Origin: Octopus sinensis
Lineage: Eukaryota
NCBI RefSeq assembly: GCF_006345805.1
Contig: NW_021832158.1
Span: forward strand, 1 to 32,189
Direction of reading: 5' to 3'
DNA length: 32,189 bases
Under the pieces are notes generated by a model. That model worked only from the letters and a program-made list of their open reading frames with translations. It was not told where the DNA came from and ran no database searches. The position numbers were made by a program, and so were the translations under genes. Below, piece by piece: positions 1 through 10,498 of the stretch. Every line of letters starts with the position of its first letter. The first letter of the stretch is position 1.

Positions 1-223
1 TCCCCACCTGGACGGGACGCCGGTCCGTAGCAGGTGAGCTGCAAGATGCAGGAGGAAAGAGTGAGAGAAAGTTGTGGCGAAAGAGTCAGCAGAAGTTCAT
101 TACTACCGCGTGGAGCTTAGGTGTTTCGCTCATAAACACACACATCACCCGATCTCAGATTCGAATCCGCGATCCCTCGACCGCGAGTCCGCTGCTCTAA
201 CCACTAAGCCAAGTGCCTCCACA
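1..223 (-). mobile_element. tRNA-derived SINE, family B (tRNA-Arg-like head); 3' end runs off the window
   Basis: Minus strand reads GGAGGCACTTGGCTTAGTGGTTAGAGC (A box)...GGATTCGAATC (B box). It shares the head and the ACTCTTTCGCCACAACTTTCTCTCACTCTTTC linker with 9040-9330. Confidence 0.85.
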
Positions 224-249
224 ATGCATACATGCGTAGCTACAAACAC

Positions 250-271
250 ATACATACATACATACATACAT

Positions 272-302
<31 letters not shown>

Positions 303-356
303 TATACATACATACGTACATACACACAAATACATACATGCATGCATACATACATA
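250..356. repeat. (TACA)n/(CA)n microsatellite
   Basis: Direct reading. Confidence 0.95.
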
Positions 357-579
357 CTGATATCAACTGGAAATCTCCACAGGAATAGTGATATCGACAG
401 GTTCTACCTACAAAAGAAGAGATAAATGAGGTAGAGGGTTGAGATCAGTGCAGTCAGCTTTCGAATGGCGAATAATCTCTCTCAGACAACACTTGTTAAA
501 CAAAAGCAGCAAAAATAATTGCATTAACTTAGTGTTGAAAAGTGTCGACAACGAGCACCTCAGGAATCGCTCTCTTCAT

Positions 580-1123
580 GTATAGCTTCACCGCGTATGT
601 ACTAGCATTTTTGCTGGTTATACATTAGCGTCGTATTTATTACGTTCGCTATTTTCCAGTAAATATCGGTACTTCGTTGTACCATATATTTACTTCTATG
701 TATAATTTTCCCTCACGAGCTATTCTTTACTGGAAAGCAATACTCTCGTATTGCATTACTATTTTTTTGAAAACTTCTTCACTGTTCTCGTTCTGTCAGC
801 GTTTGGCGTTTCAGTCGAGTGTATTGGCATTGATGCGGCAGCATTTGAAATGTTGTCGAGGTATATGTTGGCTGATGAAGATAAATCAAGTATATGTGTG
901 CAGACATATCTTGAAAAATCTGAAACCGGTACCACATTATCCCTTCTAGGTATTTCATCTTTCAGATTCTCCCTGGAGGTAAGACAATTTTTTTCAAGTT
1001 TGTTGCACACACGCATTTTTGCTAGTACATACGCGGTGAAGTTATACGTTAGCGTCGTATTTATTACGTTCGCTATTTTCCAGTAAATATCAGTACTTCG
1101 TTGTACCATATATTTACTTCTAT
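580..1123 (+). mobile_element. Hammerhead-containing non-autonomous element with duplicated 3' tail (Penelope pLTR/retrozyme-like)
   Basis: 83-bp direct repeat at 617-699 and 1041-1123 (2 mismatches). 580-607 is an inverted copy of 1020-1047. Hammerhead at 865-937. Ends at (TA)n. Confidence 0.7.
865..937 (+). ncRNA. Type I hammerhead ribozyme, intact core
   Basis: Stem I ATGTTGG/CCACAT (one bulge). CTGATGA at 872-878. Long stem II AGAT/ATCT plus TCAAG/CTTGA and ATATGT/ACATAT. GAAA at 922-925. Palindromic helix III ACCGGT. Cleavage triplet GTA at 929-931. Confidence 0.85.
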
Positions 1124-1142
1124 ATATATATATATATATATA

Positions 1143-1200
<58 letters not shown>

Positions 1201-1213
1201 GTGTGTGTGTGTG
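1121..1213. repeat. (TA)n-(TG)n compound microsatellite
   Basis: Direct reading. Confidence 0.95.
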
Positions 1214-1537
1214 TATAACAATAATGACGGGTTTAGCAACAAGTTCCTTCACCACATACCGAAAATTTAGAAATAGCAGCCACACGACCACTATTTCTTT
1301 TTCCTACAAAATATGTCTCCACAGATAACAATATTTGTAACTCACATAGGTAAAAAGAAGAAAAATAATGAAATCAAACAGTCTTCGATTGATTATGGAC
1401 GCGTTTCTGGATAAGAATTATAAAAATTAATTTCCTTTGTCAACATAATATTTCGAGAATTATAAATTTGGCTGCTATTTCTAAATTTTCGGTATGTGGT
1501 GACGCAACGTGTTGCTAAATCCTTAATTATTGTTATA
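1214..1537 (-). mobile_element. Foldback (MITE-like) element with 68-bp terminal inverted repeats and central hammerhead
   Basis: 1214-1281 (TATAACAATAAT...GAAAATTTAGAAATAGCAGCC) is the reverse complement of 1470-1537 with a few mismatches. Both ends are TA. Confidence 0.85.
1392..1449 (-). ncRNA. Type I hammerhead ribozyme, two core substitutions
   Basis: Minus strand: ATTATG-TTGACAA-A-GGA...TCC-A-GAAAC-GC-GTC-CATAAT. Perfect 6-bp stem I, ACGCGT helix III, GTC triplet. Core is TTGACAA versus CTGACGA. Confidence 0.7.
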
Positions 1538-1569
1538 ATTATATATAAAAAAAACCTTTTTATATGTTT

Positions 1570-1615
1570 TTTTACCGAATATGGTTCTTCTCCATACCGA
1601 AACTACTTGGTAAAA
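1570..1615 (+). ncRNA. Hammerhead relic (core partly deleted)
   Basis: TTTTACC/GGTAAAA stem I, TATGG/CCATA stem II, then GAAACTACTT (AACTAGTT with one change). CTGAT is missing. Confidence 0.45.
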
Positions 1616-1659
1616 TTTATTAATTTATTAAATTAATAATTCTTTACCCTTATCTGTTA

Positions 1660-1725
1660 TGATTATATATATATATATATATATGTATGGTATGTATGTA
1701 TGTATGTATGTATGTATGTATGTAG

Positions 1726-1766
<41 letters not shown>

Positions 1767-1962
1767 GTATATATATATATATATAATATATATAATATAA
1801 TATATATATGTATATATATATATATATATATATTATTATATATATATTTATCATTATGTACGTTTTACGTATGTGTGTATGTATGTGTACATCTATCTAT
1901 CTAACTATCTGTCTAGTAATCTATCTATCTATCTAACTATCTTAATAATATATATAATTATA

Positions 1963-1993
<31 letters not shown>

Positions 1994-2000
1994 ATATGTA
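1660..2000. repeat. Compound (TA)n/(TATG)n/(CTAT)n microsatellite
   Basis: Direct reading. Confidence 0.9.
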
Positions 2001-2512
2001 TAACATATTTAATTTATTAAACGAAAATATTTCAACGTTGTAAGTCATTATATTTTAATAAATTAAATATCCCCGATATAATTAAATATATAATTTGAAA
2101 TATATTTAAAATCATATATTTTAAAGAAAATATATTAGAAATTTGAAAGTAGTGTCAAAATATGAAATATATTGTAATATTATAGAGGCAATGCTGGAAC
2201 TCAAAATTTGGTGCCCCTTCTGTTGTAATACTATGTTTTGCATAGAGATTGCACGTCTTCTCACACGAGGGCAATTCTCTTCTGCATGGTCTTAATCATC
2301 ATGGCTATGTATTCATGAATGTATGTATGCATCATGCGTGCATGTATATTTGTATGTAACTACAGAGAGAGATATACACATACATGTTTGTGTGAGTGTA
2401 TAACACCGTAAAATACCACTTAAGTACTGGTGTTTGTGACAATGTAGGCAATATATGTATGCATTTATGAATGTATATAAATATGCGCGCGCGTATCTAT
2501 TGCTTATATATA

Positions 2513-2544
<32 letters not shown>

Positions 2545-2691
2545 TTGAGTAGTTGAATGATTATCTTATTAAGGATAATTCGAAAGATAACCGATACCTG
2601 GTAGCAAATTCACATCAGAAAGAACACGGTAGAGAATAAACGATATTTTTAACTAGTCCCTCAACTCCATTCTTTCATTATACTTATATAT

Positions 2692-2729
<38 letters not shown>

Positions 2730-2796
2730 TATATATATGTATATATATATATACATATATTAATTTGCCTGTACGGATGATAACTCGCTTGCCACA

Positions 2797-2861
2797 TGTG
2801 ATGGTATTTTAATAATACTATATCTTCTTATAAGAGATGGTATTATTAAAATACCATCACA
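2797..2861. repeat. Near-perfect palindrome/hairpin
   Basis: TGTGATGGTATTTTAATAATAC and GTATTATTAAAATACCATCACA form a perfect 22-bp inverted repeat, and the spacer is itself nearly palindromic. Confidence 0.9.
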
Positions 2862-2879
2862 CGTACACCTTTACTGAGC

Positions 2880-3250
2880 CCCATCTATGATATGTTCCTT
2901 GGCCTTTTAAGGTGTTAGTTTCGTGATGGAACTGATCATATGATTCCACGCAGAGTAGTGTTTCTTCTCTATCATTGGCTATTCGTGATCGGAAACATTA
3001 ACACTCACAAGTCCATTGCTGGTAAATCCTTCTACTTTAGCAGCATTCTGAGGCAGGTCTTGCACGCTGTTTAGAAAAATACTCTGTCAAATTTCTTCTT
3101 CAACTGTCGATGCACTCTCGTACGCTTACCAAGCCACGTTCGCCTTTACCCTTCTTCGTGTACAGTCTATGCACGTTTGCCATAGGGTGGAAGGCACCAT
3201 GCACTGTCATCGTCTTTTGGGTCAATCTCCTCTCGGGTCCATTTCAGTTG
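2880..3250 (-). mobile_element. Decayed R4/Dong-clade LINE fragment (post-RT thumb region)
   Basis: Minus translation TQKTMTVHGAFHPMANVHRLYTKKGKGERGLVSVRECIDS* parallels TRKILTGSRMHHPKSDIERLYIQRIEGGRGL at about 19875-19980. The left boundary is approximate. Confidence 0.8.
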
Positions 3251-4202
3251 AACACTGGGATCGATGCCAAAATTTGAAACCAATATTCTGTATTGATCAA
3301 TTTTCTTTGGTCAGATAAGTTAGTAAGAAATTATGAATATGCTTTATGTATTTGATATTTAATGAAATTTTCTTTTCTAGTAAGTCTTCTTCGAGTATAT
3401 GCTATGTCTATTATCTTTTATCAGTGAAGAATTCATAGTACAGCAACTAATTTAAATTTATCCATAAGCCGTGGTACCTTGCAATTATTAATTCTAGTTT
3501 GTTTTTCTCTCTCTCTTCTTTTAAGAATCCAATCCTAAATGAAATATTCAAAAATGACATTCACATAGTTGGGGTGTGGTCTTATCATAATATTTAAGAT
3601 TAATGGTTATTTTGTGGTGTAAGAGAACTGAATTAAAACTGGGTAGTAACACGAATCCAAGGATTTAGTTTCCAGCCTTAAAAAAAATGATTGAATAGGT
3701 TACTGATCACTGTACAATTTCTTGCAGAATGTGTAAGACATTTTAAATCCTGATAATTGATTTCAAATTTTAATGAGTTAGCGACGGTAACCTATACATG
3801 GTCTTCCGATGTATTAAAAATAGCAACCATCTCCACTCCGCAATTCCATCCGACCATGCTCGCAAAAACAGGAAACAAAAGCAAATGTCCTCAGTGATAG
3901 TCGAAAAGTGAGATGAGTCACGGACGGAATGTTTTTTTTAATCATAAAATGCTCAATTAGGATAACAAGAACACTTCAGAATAATTTTGCTATGAATATA
4001 TAGAACAGAAGTTTCTGTATTAAGAACAACTTTCGAGACAGTTTTATTTTAATATATCATTCTCGATAAAATGATTAACCTTAGGAATAGATTTTCGAGA
4101 AGCTACATCAAATTCTTGTCAGAGTCTTTGTTACGTTTACTTTGGAAACTCTTGCCAAATGTATGTGCGGGTGTGTTTATCATTGAGGCTTACTGCAAAA
4201 TT

Positions 4203-4653
4203 ATTCCTTTCTACAATATGCACAAGGCCTGGAATTTGTTTTGATGGGTGGAGCGGATTATAAGTACCAATTAAGCACTGGGGGAAGGGGCGATTACATC
4301 GCCATCAGTGCTTAACTGGTACTTATTTTATCGACACCGAAAGGATGAAAAGTAAAATCGATCTCGGTGGAATTTGAACATGGAACGTAAAGCCAGAAGA
4401 AATCCCGCAAAGCATTTTGTCTGGTGCGGTAACGATTCTGCTAGCTCGGAACCTGGTAACGATTTCAAATGTCGACACAGTTTTTAAGGGAGGAATAAGT
4501 CGATTACGTTGAGCCCAGTATTCAACTGGTAGTTATTTTATCGACCCCGAAAAGATGAAAGGCAAAGTCAGCCTCGGTGGAATTTGAACTCAAAACGTAA
4601 AAGACTGACGAAATGCTGCTAAGCATTTACCCGGCATGCCAGCTCGTCGCCTC
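4203..4653 (-). mobile_element. Two tandem diverged SINE family A copies
   Basis: Two units (about 4203-4448 and 4460-4653) carry ACTGGTACTTATTTTATCGAC-CCGAAAGGATGAAA...GGAATTTGAAC, as in the 6.1-7.6 kb cluster. Confidence 0.85.
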
Positions 4654-5229
4654 TTTATTAATACATAATATTTAAAAAAAAACAAGAGTCAAAGAAGCCG
4701 AATTAACATGTCAAGCTAAGTTTCTTATGGTAAAGTAACATTTATACGCATCAACTCATAACCATTCATTATTTCTCTTCTATGTATGAGTTTCCGCAGG
4801 CTTTTAAACTATTCTCTGTCACTAGTTTTCCGTCAAATGTTTTATGTACATTTTATTCTTACTTATTTTTAATTTAGTAACCGTTCTTTTTTCTTTAGAC
4901 GATAAAACATAAAAAGGTGATTTATGACACACACCCCTCTCCCAAATTTCCCAATCGTAAAGAAATATATATAAGCCTGTAAACCTTAACGATTTTCCTA
5001 AATCAGAGGTATTAGAAAGTTAAATGGATTCCGCCGAAAATTGAAACTGAATCGTAGACATGGCAAGCCAGAAACGTCTTTTGTACAGTGCTCTCTGCAT
5101 AACGTAGAAATTTATTAGTCAGAAACTTTCACATTCATGTCCATTCACACATATACACTCGCTAACTTGCAAACACATGTACACACACACATATGTATTA
5201 TATATATATATATATATATATTATAATAT

Positions 5230-5280
5230 ATAGAGAAGAGAGAGAGAGATGGATAGAGAAGAGAGAGAGAGAGATAGATA

Positions 5281-5346
<66 letters not shown>

Positions 5347-5404
5347 GGGTAGATAGATATAGATAGATAGATAGATAGATAGACAGAACAGACAGATAGA
5401 TAGC

Positions 5405-5435
<31 letters not shown>

Positions 5436-5462
5436 TAGATAGATAGATAGATAGATAGATAT
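5230..5462. repeat. (GA)n/(GATA)n microsatellite
   Basis: Direct reading. Confidence 0.95.
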
Positions 5463-6086
5463 CAGTGTGTGTGTGTTGCTGATCAGTCTGAGAAAAATGT
5501 TTACAGCCGATATTTTGTAGTGAGGTTTGCGCTAGAATATTAACCCTTAAATCAATCAGACCCCTATGGCTACCACGAGCGGCGTCTTCTAGGTTCCCAC
5601 TTGCTCACTGCAGTATGTCCGAATCAGATGAGAAGAGTAGCTCTCTTCCGACTGTTTAGTTTGCAGTCCCATAAATTATCAGAGACAGCATGTCTCCCGG
5701 ATGTCGTTCGGGTGTTACTGCAGTAAAAACAGTCGTCACTTTTGGCAAGGATACACAAAGAGCCGAACTTCGATCGGAAAGCGACTTCGAAAATAGCATC
5801 ACATGTCTGTTAGACAAAAAAGAAAATGCAGAATAGGAAAAAAAAAAAAAAAGATAAAAAAGATGAAATATTCTAAAACAGATTTTCTTTCATCCCTTTC
5901 GGCCCAATGAAAGGTAATCATTAAAAATATTTGAAACGAACGAATGTTTCTTTATAGTTAGGCCAAATAAAGGAAATGTATTTTTTATGACGTTAATTAA
6001 CAATTTAAAGAAAAAGTATTTACGAAGCTACAGTTAAAGTACAATTTCAAACGCAGCTTACAACAAAGGCCTCGTTTTAGTTAATA

Positions 6087-7575
6087 TTGATTTCAAATTT
6101 TGGCACAAGGCCAGCAGTTTTGAGGCGCAGTTGGTCGGTTACATCGACTCCAGTGCTCAACTGGTACTTATTTCGGCGGCGTTTGAACACAGAACGTAAA
6201 GAAGTGAAATACCTATTTCTTTATTACCCACAAGGGGCTAAATATAGAGGGGACAAACAAGGACAGACATACGTATTAAGTCGATTACATCGACCCTAGT
6301 GCGTAACTGGTACTTAATTTATCGACCCCGAAAGGATGAAAGGCAAAGTTGACCTCGGCGGAATTTGAACTCACAACGTAACGGCAGACGAAATACCGCA
6401 AAGCATTTCGCCCAGCGTGCTAACGTTTCTGCCAGCTCGCCGCCTTCGTTTTAGTAAATAAATTTTAGTAAAGAAGTGAAATACCGCTAGGCTGTTTGCC
6501 AAGCTTGCTAACGATTCTGGCAGCTTGCTGCCTTCATTTTAGTAAATATTCTTTTCTACTCCAGGCACAAGGCCCGAAATGTTGGGGGAGGAAGCCAGTT
6601 GACTATATCGACCCCAGTATGCAACTGGTATTTTATTTGTCGAGCCCGAATGGATGAAAGGCAAAGTTGACCTCGGCGGAATATGAACTCAGAACGTAGC
6701 GGCAGACGAAATATCGCTAAGCATTCGCCCGGTGTGCTAACGTTTCTTATTTTTTATTGCCCACAAGGGGCTACACATAGAGGGGACAAACAAGGACAGA
6801 CAAACGGATTAAGTCGATTACATCGACCCCAGTGCGTAAGTGGTACTTATTTAATCGACCTCGAAAGGATGAAAGACAAAGTCGACCTCGGCGGAATTTG
6901 AACTCAGAACATAAAGACAGACGAAATACCTATTTCTTTACTACCCACAAGGAGCTAAACACAGACAGGACAAACAAGGACAGACAAACGGATTAAGTTG
7001 ATTATATCGACCCCAGTGCGTAACTGGTACTTAATTTATCGAGCCCGAAAGAATGAAAGGCAAAGTCGACCTCGGCGGAATTTGAACTCAGAACGTAACG
7101 GCAGACGAAATACCGCTAAGCATTTCGCCCGGCATCCTAACGGTTCTGCCAGCTCGCCGCCTTCAATTTTAGTAAATATTCTTTTCTACTCAAGGCACAA
7201 GGCCCGAAATTTTGGGATAGGGAGCCAGTCGATTAGATCGACCCAGTACGCAACTGGTACTTTATTTATCGACCCGGAATGGATGAAAGGCAAAGTCGAC
7301 CTCGGCGGAATTTGAACTCAGAACGTAGCGACAGGCGAAATACCTGTTTCTTTATTACTCACAAGGAGCTACACACAGAGGGGACAAACAAGGACAGGCA
7401 AACGGATTAAGTCGATTACATCGACTCCAGAGCTTAACTGGTACTTAATTTATCGACCCCGAAAGGATGAAAAGCAAAGCCGACCTCGGCGGAATTTGAA
7501 CTCACAACGTAGCGGCAGATGAAATACCGCAAAGCATTTCGTCCGGCGTGCTAACATTTCTGCCAGCTCGCTGCT
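6087..7575 (-). mobile_element. Cluster of about 7 tandem/nested SINE family A units
   Basis: On + the units begin at about 6087, 6214, 6547, 6748, 6931, 7177 and 7345. Minus-strand head is AGGCGGCGAGCTGGCAGAA...GAGTTCAAATTCC (B box). Two classes of 3' tail. Confidence 0.92.
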
Positions 7576-7591
7576 TTTGTTTTAATAAATA

Positions 7592-7974
7592 CTAGCAGTA
7601 TCGCCCGGCGTTGCTCGGGTTTGTAAGGGAAATAACTATAAAGCATTTTTAGAGAGTTATAGCCCAAAAATAGCAAAAAAATGGGAAAAAAATGATGGTA
7701 AATTTTTTTGAGAGTTAAAAAGGTCAAGTTGCGTCCCCTAGACAGTCTGTGGTTTGTGTTTCTGATTCTCGACCCCATGTCGAATTTATCGATTTTTTTC
7801 AGAACTGGGGGAACTTTTCAAAATTTTCGCTGCGTTAGTTTTGAATTATGACATTGGGCTATGTGTGTGTCAAGTTTCATCAGAATCGGTTGAAAGCCGT
7901 GGTCAGGGTGAGGGTACAACCTAACAGACGCACAGACACACAGACAGACAAACTGCCGTTAATATATAGAGAGA
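7592..7974 (-). mobile_element. Non-autonomous Helitron
   Basis: Minus strand starts TC(TCTATATATTAA), has an internal (CTGT)n-like tract and ends with the CCCGAGCAACGCCGGG hairpin followed by CTAG. Inserted between A and T with no TSD. Confidence 0.85.
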
Positions 7975-7988
7975 TTAACACTTTAGTT

Positions 7989-8185
7989 AAGGCGGTGAGC
8001 CGGCAGAATCGTTAGCAAGCTTGGCAAAATGCTCAGCTGTATTTCGCTTGTCTTTACGTTCTGTGTTCAAACGCCATCGAGATCAGCTTTGTCTTTCATG
8101 AAATAAGTACCAGCTGGGGTTGATGTAATCGACTTACCCTTACCCCCATATTGCTGGCCTTGTGCCAAAATTTGGGACCAATATT
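7989..8185 (+). mobile_element. SINE family A copy (internally deleted)
   Basis: AAGGCGGTGAGCCGGCAGAATCGTTAGC...GTGTTCAAAC...GGCCTTGTGCCAAAATTTG. Confidence 0.85.
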
Positions 8186-8759
8186 AGCCCTTTTGTTTGA
8201 AGAACATAGATCAGTGGTAAAGATAGTGGTGCGTCGTACTAAAAATCTTTCCGTATTTATTATTGCCTATGTTCTGAGTTTGAATCAAGTGTAGGAAACC
8301 GTTTTGACTTCTGATAGGAAAGACACAGTCAACCGCGACAGAATTTGTACTGTCGGGAAAATGATGATATGTTGAGATTCATGGTTTTTAGTTTTTTTTG
8401 CGTTGTTTTTTGCTTTGTTTTTTTTTTTTTTTAGTTGTTTGTTTGTTTTTTTCCTTGTAAAAATTTATCGAGTCTGACCGAAAGTTAGAACTGAACTCTA
8501 ACTTGAATACCATTAAATATCAAATGGATCATCAACTGTCTCATCAGCCTTACTACTCATTAAACTAACCATCGTTGGACTTCAGACTGAACAGCGACTG
8601 TTTTACATTCGCCAAACTATCATCGAGTGAATGAAAGGCAAGAAGAGCTGCTGATATCAATTCTTTGGTCAGTGATTTTGTTTAGACTGTGATAAAGGCG
8701 CAATAGGTAAGCAACGAGAAGATGGTTTAGCAATGCTTTGTTGTGCAACATAAATCTAG

Positions 8760-8965
8760 GCTGGAGCACCGCCTTTAGTCGAACAGATCGACCCCAGGAC
8801 TTATTCTTTGTAAGCCTAGTACTTATTCTATCGGTCTCTTTTGCCGAACCGCAAAGTTACGGGGACGTAAACACACCAGCATCGGTTGTCAAGCGATGTT
8901 GGGGGGACAAACACAGACACACAAACATATGCACACATACATATATATGTGTGTGTGTGTATGTG

Positions 8966-9004
<39 letters not shown>

Positions 9005-9346
9005 GTGTGCGTATGTGTGTGCGTGTGTGTGTGTGTTTGTGTGGAGCCGCAATGGCCCAGTGGTTAGAGCAGCGGACTCGCGGTCGTAGGGTCGCGGTTT
9101 CGTTTCCTAGACCGGGCGTTGTGAGTGTTTATTGAGCGAAAACACCGAAAGCTCCACGAGACTCCGGGTGGTGACGATCCCTGCAGTACTCTTTCGCCAC
9201 AACTTTCTCTCACTCTTTCTTCTGTTGGCCTGCTCGCTTAGCCAGCGGGGTGGCGTCATTTGAAGGCTAAAACAATGCAAGGCGTATTGTGACCAGCGAT
9301 GTGTAGCAACATCTGATAGCCTGGTCGATAAAGGAAAAGGTAAAGG

Positions 9347-9383
<37 letters not shown>

Positions 9384-9547
9384 ACGACGGACTTTTTTCA
9401 GTTTCCGTCTACCAAATCCACTCACAAGGCTTTAGAAGGCCCGAGGCTATAGTAGAAGACACTTGCCCAAGGTGCCACGCAGTGGGACTGAACCCCGAAC
9501 CATGTGGTTGGTAAGCAAGCTGCTTACCACACAGCCACTTCTACGCC
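8760..9547 (-). mobile_element. tRNA-derived SINE family C with internal microsatellite, interrupted by a family B SINE
   Basis: Closely matches 16420-16777. Head is GTGGCTGTGTGGTAAG...GGTTCAGTCCC followed by CCTTGGGCAAGT (CORE-like). Confidence 0.88.
9040..9330 (+). mobile_element. SINE family B nested in the internal (TG)n of a family C copy
   Basis: GGAGCCGCAATGGCCCAGTGGTTAGAGCAGCGGACTCGCGGTCG, the same head as 1-223. Confidence 0.88.
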
Positions 9548-9629
9548 TATATATACATATATAGACTACATTACGCATGCTAGCCACTGGTATGAAAACT
9601 TTTCTAAATTTTCTACCCTTATTGTTTTC

Positions 9630-9666
9630 ACAGTATATGTATGTAGTATGTATGTATGTATGTATG

Positions 9667-9733
<67 letters not shown>

Positions 9734-9765
9734 TATATATATATTATATACATATATAATATATG

Positions 9766-9799
<34 letters not shown>

Positions 9800-9825
9800 C
9801 AATATATATATATATATATATATAT

Positions 9826-9858
<33 letters not shown>

Positions 9859-9860
9859 AT
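9630..9860. repeat. Compound (TATG)n/(TA)n/(TG)n microsatellite
   Basis: Direct reading. Confidence 0.95.
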
Positions 9861-10389
9861 GAAGGATAACTTACATGAATGTGTCCGCGTTTCTAGAGAA
9901 TTCGAGTTATAAAGAAATCAATGATTTCTAAACCAACACAATCACTGTTTGTTTTATAAATATTATGTGTTTTTATTATTATTATTTTTGCCATTTTTTT
10001 TTTTTTGCCATGAATTCGCTTTCTTTTAAGAATGAAGACTGATACACATCTGTATTTACATTTCGCTATGTCCATCGCTTCAACCCCTTGCCAAATTTTT
10101 TCATGGCCAATCATACAAAAATCTACCTTGTTTTATGGATAACGCATTCTTTTTTCGTTCTCTTTATTTCATTTAGAATATTTTAAAGATGAAGGCTATT
10201 TTTGTTTATGTCACTCAGTACCGCGTGTACACCATCCTCTTTGTATAAAAAGATATACGTTTAAATGTCTCCTATATATAATTCTTTAACGTTCGGTGAG
10301 CATAGACTCCTCCTATTGTGATATAGCTCGTATGATAAGCATGCTATGGATACGGAGAAAGCTTTTCTATCGCTCACTCCGAATTATTT

Positions 10390-10426
10390 TTGTCTCTTCC
10401 TCTTTCTCCCTCTCTCTATCTTGCTT

Positions 10427-10460
<34 letters not shown>

Positions 10461-10465
10461 ATATG

Positions 10466-10498
<33 letters not shown>

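Noticed and set aside
145-223. tRNA gene (also 9043-9115)
   Set aside because: A/B boxes are present, but the acceptor and T stems do not close and the sequence continues into a SINE body.
677-1109. Overlapping 90-116 aa ORFs
   Set aside because: No recognisable domain. The region is better explained as a non-coding hammerhead element.
2545-2680. Hammerhead candidate TTGAATGA-TTATCTT/AAGGATAA-TTCGAAA in a TA-bounded island
   Set aside because: The hairpin is real, but no helix III/UH or stem I can be built.
5625-5660. CAGATGA-GAAGAG/CTCTTC hairpin
   Set aside because: GAAA and stem I are absent. The surrounding GC-richer segment (5520-5800) has no supportable exon either.
6087-7575. CRISPR-like or satellite array
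   Set aside because: Units are about 200-bp dispersed SINE copies also found elsewhere in the window, with no repeat-spacer structure or cas genes.
7870-8550. CTGATGA on minus at about 7878 and 8541
   Set aside because: No stem II plus GAAA-N-UH arrangement. The first lies inside the Helitron.
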